A DNA stretch of 64,000 nucleotides from Octopus sinensis. Lineage: Eukaryota. A model generated the notes under the pieces. The model worked only from the letters and a program-made list of their open reading frames with translations, had not been told where the DNA came from and did not search any database. Below are positions 1 through 13,092 of the stretch, piece after piece (position 1 is the stretch's first letter; each line of letters starts with the position of its first letter). Position numbers and translations under genes: made by a program. Location of the stretch: assembly GCF_006345805.1 (NCBI RefSeq), contig NC_042999.1, forward strand, positions 93,186,001 to 93,250,000, in the 5' to 3' direction.

Positions 1-47
1 TGATGAAGATAGTAATTATAATAATAATGTTGATGATGATGATGATC

Positions 48-97
<50 letters not shown>
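1..97. repeat. (TGA)/(TAA)n microsatellite directly upstream of an R4/Dong-like element
   Basis: Direct reading: gatgatgat followed by a long aataataat run ending at about 95. Confidence 0.95.
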
Positions 98-1553
98 CTA
101 TGCCCGGAGATAAATCTGTCAACAAAAAATACAGACGAATGCAGATCTGTTAGCATTAAGAAGTCACGTTACGAGCAATGTTTTCATCCGGAGAACTCAG
201 AGGCGGTGTTGTGTCAAAAAATTGACCCAAAACAGACAATTCCGTCCCCTAATGATGACGTCCAAGCTCGTCATGCCTCAGTGATAACAAAGGAAAGTAC
301 AAACCATATTGGCGGTCACCCGGAACACCAAGGAACACATACTCGAATGATGAACCAGAATCGGTACGGAAAATCAACTACTGGTTCAAATCTTCCCGAA
401 ACACAGATGCTGGACGTACCCTACAACCGGAATATTCAAACAGATGGATATCCAAGCTCGTCATCAAATAACCAATAAAAAAAAAGAGACTAAAAACTGG
501 TCTAGGGAGGATAATAAAGAAGTTCTTAAGGCTGTCTATCATGCCATACATTTCCCCACAAATAAATCTAATACTGTCGAAACATACTTAAATTGGAGCA
601 GAAACATATTGAAGAAGGACACATATTGAAGAAGTAGAAAGTAACAAACGTGCCAGCATCAGAAGAAACACTATGAAAAAGACATTATTAACTTTATTAG
701 AAATTGATCAAATTAAACAATCAGTGAGGGATAAAAGAACGACGTTGCAGTTAAAGAATATACTACGGAGGAAATAATTATAGACGGACCCACGTCTGGT
801 GAAACTGCAATAATCATTGAAGGAGTTAATATAACTGATAAGAAAAGTGAACTCTCTGAATCAACCATAAACACTAAGGTAGAGGAAAATCAAATAGATG
901 AAGAAAGTCACACAGAACTGAACTAGATAACTTAAAAATTCAAATCATGATACTGAATGGCTGAAAATGAAAGAAACCAGTACGAAAGGACTCGACACTC
1001 TCCCAACAATTCGCAATTCTTATCAAAACTGATATATGACAAAAAAAACCTCTCAATGGCAAATACCCAAGGAGAGCTAATAGTGCAGATGTTGACAAAG
1101 CCCTTACCCATCAATGGTTAGAGTCTTCTGGCTTAAATTCAGAAACAGAAGGGTTTATCATAGCAGCCCAAATCAATGCCTGCCGACAAGGAACTACCAC
1201 ACCAACATATTAAAGAACGGTAGTAGCCCAACATGTCGTGTATGTCAACAACAAAATGAAACCATTGATTATGTTGCTTCCATGTATAGTTTTCTTGCGC
1301 TTACAAGTATCTCAACAGGCATGATAGAGCAGCACGATATATTCACTGGCTAATTTGCAAAAACCTGGACCGGCCCCACGCTAAAAAATGGTGGGAACAC
1401 AAACCACCTCCAGTACTTGTGAAGGATCACATCTCACTCCTCTGGAACTTCCCCATTCACACTGACAGAAAGATCGATGCAAATAGGCCAGATATTATAT
1501 TGAAAGACCTCAGACACAAATCACGCCTCTTCATTCATATGACTGTCCCAATC
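98..1553 (+). mobile_element. R4/Dong-like RLE non-LTR retrotransposon, family 1: 5' end plus C-terminal endonuclease, RT internally deleted
   Basis: N-terminal motif KNWSREDNKEVLKAVYH (ORF 444-629). At about 1045 it jumps to KPLxGKYP, the CCHC knuckle CRVCQQQNETID and ISLLWNFPIHTDRKIDANRPDIILKD, nearly identical to the minus-strand copy at 3500-4020. Frameshifted. Starts right after (TAA)n. Confidence 0.85.
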
Positions 1554-1689
1554 GGGTACTTATTTTATCGAGCCGGAAACGATGAAAGGCAAAGTCGACC
1601 GGGCGGCATTTGAACTCAGAATGTAAAGACGGATGAAATCCTGCTAAATATTTTGCCCGGCGCACTTAACGAATCTGCCAAGTCGCACC

Positions 1690-1690
<1 letters not shown>
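1554..1690 (-). mobile_element. tRNA-derived SINE, family A (central ...GTCGACTTTGCCTTTCATCCTTTCGGGGTCGATAAAATAAGTACC-type domain), partial
   Basis: Reverse complement matches the copies at 30620-30996 and 42101-42260 (GAGTTCAAAT B-box-like motif followed by the conserved domain). Confidence 0.8.
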
Positions 1691-1745
<55 letters not shown>

Positions 1746-1760
1746 TAATAATAATAGTAA
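1691..1760. repeat. (AAT)n microsatellite
   Basis: Direct reading. Confidence 0.95.
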
Positions 1761-1769
1761 CGCCAACAA

Positions 1770-1975
1770 TAGTTTTGGCACAAGTCCAATAATTTTGAGG
1801 TAGAGTGTCAGACGAATGGTACAATCCCAGGGGTCAACTTGTACCTATTTTAGAGACCGTGAGAGCATACAAGGCAAAATTGTCCTCTGTGGAATTTTGA
1901 CTTTAGAATGTGAAAATGAAAGGATTGTCGCTGAGTAATTTGTCTTGTGTGCTAACAATTCTGCTAACTTACCTC
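1770..1975 (-). mobile_element. Diverged SINE family A copy
   Basis: Degenerate match (gtacctattttagagacc...aaggcaaaattgtcctctgtggaattttgactttagaatgt) to the reverse complement of family A. Confidence 0.55.
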
Positions 1976-3045
1976 TGATTTATTTCTGCACAAAATGTGT
2001 AGCAGCATTTCTTCGAGATCTTTCCCTTTCTAATTTCTATCCCCGCCATGTGGATTTCGCCTTTTATTTGTTCCAGGACAATAAAATAAATATTTATTGG
2101 GTACAGAAGTTGATACTGTTGACTGATAAACTTCTAAAAGTACTGACTTTGTTCCCCATTGCAACAATTATCATAATCGTCTACTTCTAAATCGTATCAC
2201 ATCATGGTCAGTCTGCTTTTCCACACTGATTCTTCAATGGAAACAAACACACTTCAAGATGAATTCGCATGACCTCTACCTAGATACAACTACGGCGTCT
2301 TCAAACTTTAAATAATTGATCCTGTGCTCAGAGAGAATGAAAACTGTCAGAGTTTAAATTTCATGTTGGCAAATTCAAGTTTGTCGCTACGATTAATCTT
2401 GGAAACTTGGAACTATAGCAAGCATTAACTGTGCATGAGTCAAAACAATATTCCTAATGTCTTTAGTGGAGATATCGATTATTAACTTTAATAAAGATTA
2501 GCAGAGGATTAGTGTACTACTTCAATTTAAAAACTGTAGAAGTGACTATTCTACGAATATAGAACATCATGGAGTACAATGTTATTGCCTGAATAATACT
2601 TTCTTACACGTATACTCAGCAATCGCAATGAGCTCTACAACTGCCATCCTCAAACACGCAGAATTGATGAGCTGAAGGCTTCCCTTCGTTCTTGAATATT
2701 AAAGAGAATATCGCGTTTTCTGCTCAAAATCTCCCTAACCTACATATTGTTATATATTATAATTCATAACATGTATGTTACGAATAGAATTAAGACAATT
2801 AGAAATGTCTGATACTATTTTACAAACTACTAACATTTAGAAAGGCATATGATATTTTCTAGGAATATTATCTGCATGTTCCTGCAACGACGTGATATTT
2901 ACGTCACCGAATAAATTGAAACTTGAATATATGAAGTTAATATTAGGAAAGTATTGTGAATTTATGGAGAACTTGGATAGAGTCCTCCATTCATATTGAA
3001 TTGATTCCTAGCTCTTTTGTCTAGCTTTGCTAATTCAGTTTTTGT

Positions 3046-5071
3046 CCATTATTATTATTATTATTCTATGTTTGAGTTTTGCTTTATATTTGTACAAGTT
3101 GGCTCCAAGTCTCACTCAGAGACCTCAAGAGACAACAGGTTGGAAGTTCATGTTGTTGTTATGCCTAGTGTGCCATATATTTGGGGTGGGGGGAGTTTTT
3201 GGTGTTGTACTAATGAATGTCTAAAAAAAACCGAAAATTATGTTTGTTTTAAATCTTGAGATTACATAGAAAGTATTTTGCGTAGGATATGAGCAGTTCC
3301 CATGAGCACTATCTTTTGAATTTCTGCCATTTTGGGGTTTCCTGGTATCTGAGTTAGGTAGCTATCAGCCCTTTTGCTATCATTCCCAGGGCACCTATAA
3401 CAACAGATATTGTTTTAGTCTTCAGGTTCCACATTTTGCTGATTTCTATTTCAAGATCTTTATATTTGCTCAGTTTTTGGTAGGTCTTGACAGATACGTT
3501 TATATCGATTGGGACAGTCATATCAATGAGGAGGCATGTTCTTTGTTTGAAGTCTTTCAATATGATGTCTGGCCTATTTGCATCTATCTTTCTGTCAGTT
3601 TGAATGGTGAAGTTCCAGAGGAGTGAGATGTGGTCATTTTCAAGCACAGGAAGTGGTTTGTGTTCCCACCAGTTTTTTTCATGGGGCAAATCCAGGTTTT
3701 TGCAGATTACCCAGTGAATATATTGTGCAGCTCTATCGTGTCTGTTGAGATACTCTGTAGGCGCTAGAAGACTGCACTTGGAGACCACATGGTCAATGGT
3801 TTCATTTTGTTGCTGGCATACACGACACGTTGGACTACTTCTGATCTTTAGTATGTTGGCCTGGTAGTTTCTTGTTGGTGGGCATTGATCTTGAGCTGCT
3901 ATGATAAACCCCTCTGTTTCAGATGATAAGCCAGAGGCCATTAGCTATTGATGGGTCAGGGCTTTGTCAACATCTGCATTATTTGCTCTCTTTGGGTATT
4001 TGCCATAGAGAGGTTTTTCTTGCCATTTATCATTCAGAATATCTAAGGCCGCAGATTTAGCACGGGTTTTCATGCGCTTAGCTTTTTCTATGCCTGTTTC
4101 TTGTATGTCTATCTCTAATTCCGAAATTTGTTGTATTCGGAATTCACTTAGATATTCCTTTGCCTGTTTTGTTACTGAGTATGATGCTTTCTTGTTTTCA
4201 TGTTTTGAGACAAGTTTTAACATCCAGTCCTCAGAGTTTTTCAGTAGGTGTCTAGGCCAATTGTAGCAATCTTCATTGTTATTGCCAGTTGTAAAAGTCC
4301 ACGGCCTCCCTCTTTTCTTGGCAGATAAAGTCGTTCTGTATCTGCCTTAGGGTGGTGCATTCTATGCATTGTCAACAGTCTTCGAATTTTTCTGTCAAGA
4401 TTACATATTTCAGTAATTGACCAGTTAACGATATTGAAACTGTAAGTCACAACTGGTATGGCTAATGCATTGATCGCTTCGATCCTGTTTCTCGCATTCA
4501 GCTCTGTCTTGAGTATTGCTCTTACTCTGCGATAACATTCTCTCCTGATCCTTTCCTTCATCTCTGAATACCTTATTCCTTCTCCTTCAATTACCCCTAG
4601 ATACTTGTAGTTCTCTGCTGGGTCTAATTCTTTTATGACATTCTGCTGGTCAAGGTTAACGTTAGATGTTTCTGTCATTTTTCCTTTGATAAAGGTAGCT
4701 TTTGAACACTTATCGAGGCCAAATTGCATTCTGATATCATCACTGAATTGTTTGACAATCGCTAGTAAGCCCTTGAGTTGTTGGTCATTTTTTGCAAAGA
4801 GCTTTAAATCATCCATGTAAATGAGATGATTTATATTTTTATCAAACATTTTATACCCGTACTGCGCGTCATTGAGCAGTTTTGAGAGAGGTATTAAGGC
4901 TAAACAGAAGAGGAGTGGTGATAGTGAGTTACCCTGGAAAATGCCACATGAAATTTTTACATCACCAGCATTTAGAGATTCGTTGTCACTGTTCAAAGTT
5001 AGTGTGGTTCTCCATGATCTCATACTTACAGACAAAAAGTTTCGCAGAGCAGGTGCTATCTTATACATTTC
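3046..5071 (-). mobile_element. R4/Dong-like RLE non-LTR retrotransposon, family 1, 5'-truncated, relatively young
   Basis: ORF 4241-5068 has RT motifs GIFQGNSLSPLLF, YMDDLKLF, YKYLG and RLYLPRKEGGRGL. ORFs 3945-4223 and 3354-3941 carry CRVC...H...C, RHD, PDIIL and KYKDL of the RLE. The 3' UTR ends in (TAA)n at about 3046-3065 and the 5' end abuts the (TAA)n array at 5072. Only a few stops and frameshifts. Confidence 0.93.
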
Positions 5072-5086
5072 TTATTATTATTATAC

Positions 5087-5135
<49 letters not shown>

Positions 5136-5354
5136 GTTATTGTTATTGTTATTGTTATTTTTGTTGTTGTTGTTGTTGTTTTTATTATTATTATTGTTGT
5201 TGTTGTTGTTGTTGTTATTGTTATTATTATTATTTTATTATTATTATTATTATTATTATTGTTATTGTTATTGTTATTGTTATTTTTGTTGTTGTTGTTG
5301 TTGTTTTTATTATTATTATTATTGTTGTTGTTGTTGTTGTTATTGTTATTATTA

Positions 5355-5391
<37 letters not shown>
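5072..5391. repeat. Compound (TTA/TTG)n microsatellite between two retrotransposons
   Basis: Direct reading; source of the spurious poly-I/L/N ORFs. Confidence 0.95.
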
Positions 5392-5392
<1 letters not shown>

Positions 5393-8300
5393 AATTGCCA
5401 TTTCACAGCTTCTAACGCTGGAGATGTATTACAGTGTCAGCTTTTCACTACTATTGAACTAAAGTAACACCTCTTATTTTTCGATCACCGTCCGGAGTAT
5501 TCGAGTGGTTCCAAGCAGTGCTGTTTTCTGGAAGTGCTCCACCCTTATTACAGCCCCTATTTGTTCCACGTACGTTTCAAGATTTTTGCTTACTGTTCCC
5601 AGGCTCCGATATTTATTGGTACTACTGCTACCTTTTTCATCGACCATAACTGCTTAACCTCTCAAGCTAACCTGTCATATCTCTAGATTTTTCTTTCTTC
5701 GTTATCGCATACCTTGTTGTCAGCTGGGCATGCTATGTGTATGATCCAGCATAGTTTGCTTTCTTTCTCAATTAAGACTATGGCTGGCTTCCTATTCTAT
5801 ATCTCATGGTCGCACTGAATCATAAAATCCCATAGGATCTTTGCATTTCTATCTTCGAATTTGCCTTCAGGTTTGCGGTCATACTTTTTTTTTGCTCTGT
5901 CAACTCTATACTTAGTGCAAAGCGTCTAATGGACAAGCCTGAGTATATTGCCGTGGCATCTCTTGTATTGTATCTGGGCTAGTAGCGTCCATTGGCTAGT
6001 ATTATGCCATACGGTTTCACCGTTTTGTCCACAGATTCTGCACTAGTGCTTGCTCTTGGGCAGAACATATTAGAGCCTCCGTTTCCAGTTTTGAATCACT
6101 TTTAGTCATCCACTGCCATCTTTTTTCTCTGTCTGTCTTTTCTTTAACATCCCTATGAAATTGACCATACATTCTTTTCTGTATCCACCTATTTTCAGTT
6201 TCATTCGTTTTCGATTTCTTGTATAGTGCTTTATCTTTGCGGTCTTTCATCCTACAAAAGACTGACCTTCTTCCTTCTAATAATAGCGGTTCTGTGACAG
6301 TTTTTATACCATGGTATGTTGTTTTCTTCTGCTCTAATGCTGTGTTCGCATCCAATTAGTCACCTTTCCTTTTTTTTTTCTTGGTACATACAGTCTGTCT
6401 GTGTCACTTTTGGGGTGGAGTGACCCATATCTAGTTAGCAACTTTCTGTCTAAGCTGCTTAGTTCGTTTACTGTCCATGCGAGTACCCCTGCTCCATATC
6501 TAAAGAGTGAAACCGCCCAGATGTTGATAGCTTCGATCCTATTCCGTCCATTTAATTTCGACTTTAGGATCAGTCTCAGTCTGCGCAAGTACTCCACCTT
6601 AAACTTTTCTGTCATTTCTTTCTCCATAAATTTATCCATTTCCAAAATCCCCAAGTAATTATAGCCCGTCTCTTCTATCTACTTCATAACCTCCCCCGAC
6701 AGTATCGTTAGCCCGTCTATACATTTGATTTTGCTTCTCTTCAAGACAACACTTTCTTAGTCCGAATTCCATTCCGTTATCAGCACTGAAGGTATATACC
6801 GTATCGACGAGGGAACTGACTTGCGCTTCATCTTTACGATAAAGTTTGAAATCAACCATGAATAACAAATAGTTGACTTTTTGTTGGCGGCTTTTGAATG
6901 CACACCCAGCATTTGCTTTCCTCAGAATCCGTGTTAGTGTTATCAAGCACATTACAAAGATCAGTGGGGACAGGCAGTCCCCTTGGAAGTTGCCTCTCCT
7001 AATTTCTATTGTCCTTAAGCTTCTTCCGTATGCTATCAGGTCTGTCCTCCAATTCACCATAATTTTTCCAAGCAATCGCTCAACATTCGATGCAATACCA
7101 AATAGGTTCATACACTGTATAATCCAAGAATGTGGGATCATATCGCATGCCTTAGGATAGTCGATCCATGACATAGCTAAGTTACTTTTCCTCCTCTTGC
7201 ATTCTCTAAGTACAGTTTTGTCCATCAGGAGTTGATCCTTGGCACCTCTGCACTTACGCTTGCAACCCTTCTGCGCATATGGCAGGACTCCATTTTTTTT
7301 CTAGATGATCGTACATGACTCTGCGAGTATTCCAGTCAATAATTTCAATAGAAGTGACAAGCAAGATATCGCTCTGTAATTGTCTACCGTGTTGTCTTTT
7401 TTTATGTTTTTCAGGCACAGCACTGTCTTACCCAATGTCCACCACTCTGGTATTACTTGGTCGGCATTTAACAAGATTTTGAGTTGCGAAGCCATTCGTG
7501 CATGACATTCCCCAAAAGTCTTGATATAGTAGCCTTGAACTCCATCTGGTCCGGGGGCCTTCCAGTCGCTCATTTTTTTTGTGGATTTCCTTCACTTCCC
7601 CAACTAAAATGACAAGTTCTGCCTGTTTTGGACAGATAACTCTTTGTTTCACTTCTTGCAACCATTCAGCATCCTTCTTGTGCTCCTTCTCTTTGCTCCA
7701 GATGTCACTCCAAAACATTTGACTTTCGATGTTACGTGGTATAAAATTTTCATCTGTACATTCTCCATTTAATTCTTTATAGAATCTCTTCTAATCTACT
7801 CTGAATAACCGATTCTGGTGGTAACCTTTCATTCTTTGGTGTGTATCGTATCCTCTTTGCTTTATTTGCAACTAGGTACTGTTTCAGTCCCTCCACTACT
7901 ACTTTAGGGCCCTTACTTTCAATATTATAATTCCTTTTCTGGGCCCTGTATTTTTGTTTGCTTTTAAGCTCCATTTTCTCTTTTCGGTCTAACACAGAGA
8001 TTTTCTTCGAGAGCATGTCTAACCCTGCCTGGATTCTTCTTTTCTACCTTGGATCGTTTCTTTTGCTACTCCCATTATGTTTCTTTTTCTTGACATCAAC
8101 ACCTACGTTTTCTACTACAACAATACTTGCTGCCTTGATCAAATTATTTGTATCTGTGTTGTTGTTTGTTCTTATGTATTTCAGAATTTCATTCACATTT
8201 TTTTGTTTCTTGGTTCAATTTCTATCGATCAACCTTTTGAAAGTTTTTCTTTCATCTTTCATGTCGCCATTAGTTTTATTGTCTTCTTTTAGATCATTTA

Positions 8301-8850
8301 TTTGTCTCTCATCAAGTAAACTACCATTACTCCTTTCCAGTGCTATAGGATTACACTTATTAATAAGAACTATTTTTATTGTTATATCTGCTGCTATTTT
8401 CCATGACCCGTATTTTGACAGCTTCGAGCTCTACTTCTATGCTCCAACAATTTTTTCTTATTGCTCTAGCATGATCACATAGTCTTTGTTCCATGAGTTG
8501 AAACAATCCTTTTCTCTCCAATGATCATGCATACGTTGTCGTTAACCCCTAATTTGAGCACCATTTTCATCTACTGGGTTGCTCAAGTGGTTACACTCCA
8601 TGAGCACAGCATTAATTTGCTTGCTCCATCAACGCTGTGTGTGGTGGTCCCTTTCTGGATATCGACAGGGTGGAGCTAGACCAGAATCTCTAAGCCTACC
8701 GAATGTAACACTGTCATCATCATTGGCTTCAGTTTCATTACCACCGTTATTCACAATATTTTGTTTTTTCATTGTCACTCATATGAGGTAGCGATTATCA
8801 GGTTGCGCAATTACCAGTGTTTTTATTGTGACACCATCACTCGATGTATT
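5392..8850 (-). mobile_element. R4/Dong-like RLE non-LTR retrotransposon, family 2, near full-length, degenerate
   Basis: Collinear motifs: N-terminal WSKQINAVLMEC...EQRLCDHARAIRK (about 8450-8630), WKAPGPDGVQGY, NYRAISCL, WIDYxKAxDMIPHSW, [42 protein letters not shown], and C-terminal KTALLGTTRILR. The 3' UTR ends in (TAA)n. Confidence 0.9.
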
Positions 8851-8879
8851 ATATTATTATTTTATTTCTATCATTATCA

Positions 8880-9316
8880 CCATCTGTTTGTGGAACTAGT
8901 TGGGGTAGCAGCTTGGTAAATAGATCGTGTTGTAGAGGTCTATAAATATATTCGGCAGATGGTGGGGAGGTCAGCCATAGAAACAAAGGAATTTTCGAAC
9001 CATTTGAGTTCCTAACTTATTTTATTTTGAGGAAGATTTAAAATATTCACAAGAAATTGTAGATATTACAGTCTTTGGAAATAGTAGGAGGAAGAGATAT
9101 TCACCTCGTTGGATTTTTGAATTTCTGAATTTCTAATTCTTTTGGAAATATTGAATTTCTAAATGTCTCAGAGAGACATGAGCGGTGGTGGAGCGATAGA
9201 GTGGTTGTATACTCTCAACATAACGTAACGGTCCCGTAAATGGAATTACACCACCGCTATTTAGCCCTAGGAAGCATCGACGCTTCCTGTCGGCTTTGAC
9301 ACATTTCCTGTGTCCT
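8880..9316 (-). mobile_element. Fragment of the non-coding element family seen at 13090-14334 (5' end shared)
   Basis: 9145-9316 is the reverse complement of 13090-13260 (aggacacaggaaatgtgtc...caggaagcgtcgatgcttcct...tttagaaatt.aatatttc). The left boundary is uncertain. Confidence 0.7.
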
Positions 9317-9402
9317 CATATTTGCGAAGGAGATTAGGCACCTCCACCAGCTAGGGCTAGCACCTAGAGACATGCATGTTTCTGCATCTTTGCTCGTTAT
9401 CA

Positions 9403-9820
9403 GTCTGTAGGTGCAAGAAGACTGCACATGGAGACAACAAAATCAATGGTTTCATTTTGTTGTTGACATACACGACATGTTGGGTTACTACCGTTCTTTA
9501 ATATGTTGGCCTGGTAGTTTCTTGTAGGCAGGCATTGATCTTGGGCTGCTATAATAAACATTTCTGTTTCTGAATTTAAGCCAGAAGACTCTAACCATTG
9601 ATGGGCACGGGCTGTGTCAACATTTCTTTGAGTATCTGCAATCGAGAGGTTTTTCTTGCCATTTTATTCGTAAGAATATCTAAGGCAGCAGTTTTAGCAC
9701 GGGTTTTCATACGCTTAGCATTTTCTGTGCTTGTTTCTAAAACGTCTAATTCTGAAATTTGTTGTTTTAGGAATTTATTTAGATATTCCATTGCCTGTTT
9801 TGTTTCTGAGTATGATGCGT
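9403..9820 (-). mobile_element. R4/Dong-like family 1 fragment (linker plus CCHC region)
   Basis: ASYSETKQAMEYL...AKRMKTRAK and CRVCQQQNETID match the copy at 3750-4200; 5' end sits in the (TTC)/(TTA) array. Confidence 0.85.
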
Positions 9821-9821
9821 T

Positions 9822-9852
<31 letters not shown>

Positions 9853-9881
9853 TTATTATTATTATTACTTTTTTTTTCTTC

Positions 9882-9926
<45 letters not shown>

Positions 9927-9948
9927 CATCATCATCATCTTATTGTTA

Positions 9949-10029
<81 letters not shown>

Positions 10030-10030
10030 C
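9821..10030. repeat. (TTC)n/(TTA)n/(TCA)n compound microsatellite
   Basis: Direct reading. Confidence 0.95.
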
Positions 10031-11236
10031 AATGTCATCATCCTCTTTGTTTTCTTTTTTTTTTTGGCCTGTCTGTATCTGCATCTCCCCTAAGAGAGGT
10101 TATGACATTCTATCGTAGACAAGAATTATTAGGGTAAATATTTTATGACGTGATCTGATTCCGAAATGATGCATGTATAAATATACTTTGTGATGTAGAC
10201 AGTGTTTGAGGTGTATATGTTTTAATGTCAAGTAATTTGTTGTAGGCATTAGTAGAACAAAGTTTTTCTATCAAAGTAAAATATCCAAATGTGCATTTGA
10301 TGTATGTACGCTTGCGTAATTTTGCAAAAACTTGCTTTGAATTGCCTTGATATTTTACGATTTACTCTAATGCAACGGCTCCAATAACCTATATTGTAAA
10401 AGGTTGAATATGAAAGTTTTATCTTCCTATGAACTCCACCACTTGTCAAAAAGAAATTTCTGATATGCCAAATCCTTCAATAAATTAACAATGTTTTGAA
10501 AAAGATATGATAAAAAATATGCACCAAATTATACCAAAATAATTTGGAATAAAAATATAGGTTGATTCGAAAATAGATCAGTAATAACAGAAACTTATCG
10601 GAATGGAAGATATTTGAACTTTAAATTGGATTCTGTTCTACGAGAAATAGTTCTTTGTAGTGATTTTCTTTAGTAGTTTAAAAAGAAACTTTTGCTCTGT
10701 GGTTTTTCTTCTTTGGCTAAATAGTTTACATTTCATTCTGTCCAATATTGAATATAACAATTCTCTTCAGTAATAGTGTAACTTTAATAAATAAACCCTC
10801 TGTCGTATTGCAATAAGTATGTTACAACCCATAATATTTAATGAAGTGCTGGCACTCCTGGACAGATTTAGCTCCGGTCATTATGTTAATATTCAAGGCC
10901 ATATTTTGTCCATTCCTATATTTCTTCACGCGCGCACACATGTATATATAAACTTACATGTATGTATGTATGTGTGTCTGTGTGTGTTTGTGTATAAATA
11001 TAGCAGTATAGGTTACAGTGTGGTTTAAGATTTGCTTTTGGCATTGTGTCTGTACTGCTATAGGGTCAGACTCATTTCTATATTTAGTCATTGATTGATT
11101 AATTAAGGATATAGATTAACCCCTGTCTACACAGGCCAAACTTAGTCATTTAAATATATATGACAAGAAGTGAAAATTTAATTAACGCTGAGTTTATAAT
11201 ATATTTACAAATGTAAGGACATCATGTATATATTTA

Positions 11237-11284
11237 TTAAGATCTCACGAGTTTTACCTAGTGAAATCTATCGTCGGTGTTAAC
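11237..11284 (-). ncRNA. Decayed hammerhead-like motif downstream of a PLE endonuclease relic
   Basis: Minus-strand RNA GUUAACA-CCGACGA-UAG(AUUUCA)CUA-GGUAAAA-CUCGUGAG-AUC-UUAAU, then AAUAAA. Core deviates from CUGANGA/GAAA; stem III is near-palindromic. Confidence 0.35.
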
Positions 11285-11341
11285 TCGTATCTGATGGGTG
11301 CGAACGATGTAGTGGCCTGAGGTGGTTGTTTTATATATATA

Positions 11342-11384
<43 letters not shown>

Positions 11385-11878
11385 ATATGTGTGTGTGTAT
11401 ATATAAAATTGGAAAGTCAACAAGAAGGAGTATGGTTCGACACCTATTTAATAGACACTCTACATGTTTCAATACAACATAGATCTACATATTCAGACGA
11501 TTTAATTTTAGCAACAGTTTTCCTGTATAATGTGATTCAGTTGCATCTCCTCAGGTGATATACAATCGCCGTTCCTGTTAGTAACCCTTTGACTTCGATG
11601 CTAACTCATCCGACTGGCTCGTTTGAATCTAGTAGATGCTGGCAGTTCCATTCCGCTCGGTGTCAACGTGTCTCTGTACGCTCGACATGAACAGCATTCG
11701 ATATACTGGCTGTTCACATTTTTCACATGTTAGATTGCACACGCAAAATTTTATTATTTCGCATATACATTATACACTCATACATACTCACATACATATA
11801 CAATCCCCCACCACACACATATGCACACAACTACATCTCTGAGCATTCCTATACATACGTATATATATAAACATATAT

Positions 11879-12192
<314 letters not shown>

Positions 12193-12462
12193 TGAGCTGA
12201 AACTAGAACCAATCAATCAATCATATATAAACTTACTTGGAGGAAACGATACATGTATATATACGCATGTGCATACATATCTACACACACACACACACAC
12301 ACCGATCAGCAAACACATTCACACCTATACATACATGCACGTACATTTATGTGCCCATATGCAAGTGCACAGGTATATCCTTGGGCACTCCATCATATAT
12401 ACACACACAAACATACAGACAAAAATGATGATTGTGGTGTAATGGAATAATAAGAATTGTTT

Positions 12463-12850
12463 TTATATACTGTCCCATCTTGAAAATGCATATTTGGCGA
12501 TGTGGTTACTCCTAGGAAATTTTTCATCATGCTTGTTCACCAGGTTCTCATCACTCAGCAGTATACTCAATGCTTCCTTAAGGCAAAGGTCCCATTTGTC
12601 GGATAGCGAACCACATGTGTGTGCATTTTTCTTATTATTGACCATTTTATTTGGTATTTAATTTTTTACCCTTTTAGTTCCCATATGAGGTCTGCCAGTG
12701 AAATTGCGTGCCGTCTGTTTATTTTTCAGAATGATGTGATGTAGTTGCGACAATGGACTTTGAACACGAATACGTGGTACCTATGTACACGTTTTCGTGT
12801 TCAAATGTGGTCATTGTGCATTTGTATAGTATGTTCTGTTTGGACGTATT
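12463..12850 (-). mobile_element. Penelope-like element GIY-YIG endonuclease relic
   Basis: Minus-strand translation across frameshifts: QNILYKCTMTTFEHENVYIGTT...LADLIWELK...IKWSII...DLCLKEALSIL...NK..E....H. This is the usual PLE EN C-terminal pattern. Confidence 0.75.
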
Positions 12851-13046
12851 GGTTCATGATCGGACAAGCCGATTTTCTGTGGCATGTCTAGTTATTTGTT
12901 GATTGATGTGTGTGCATGTGTATGTGAACAGGTGTGTGGTTGTGTGTGTAGGTGTGCATGTGTGCATATATGTATGCATAAACTCCCTTGAACACTTCAA
13001 AGTGCAGTCTGTAGACGGATGAAAATTTTTTATTCCTTAAATATAA

Positions 13047-13089
<43 letters not shown>

Positions 13090-13092
<3 letters not shown>

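Noticed and set aside
2655-2725. UUGAUGA followed by a GAAGG/CCUUC hairpin
   Set aside because: No correctly placed GAAA or stem III; likely chance.
4872-5462. Long ORFs rich in I/L/V/N/Y (also 9598-10137, 11957-12442, 32823-33068, 42192-42500, 58792-59241)
   Set aside because: Translations of TTA/TA/CA/CATA microsatellites, not real proteins.
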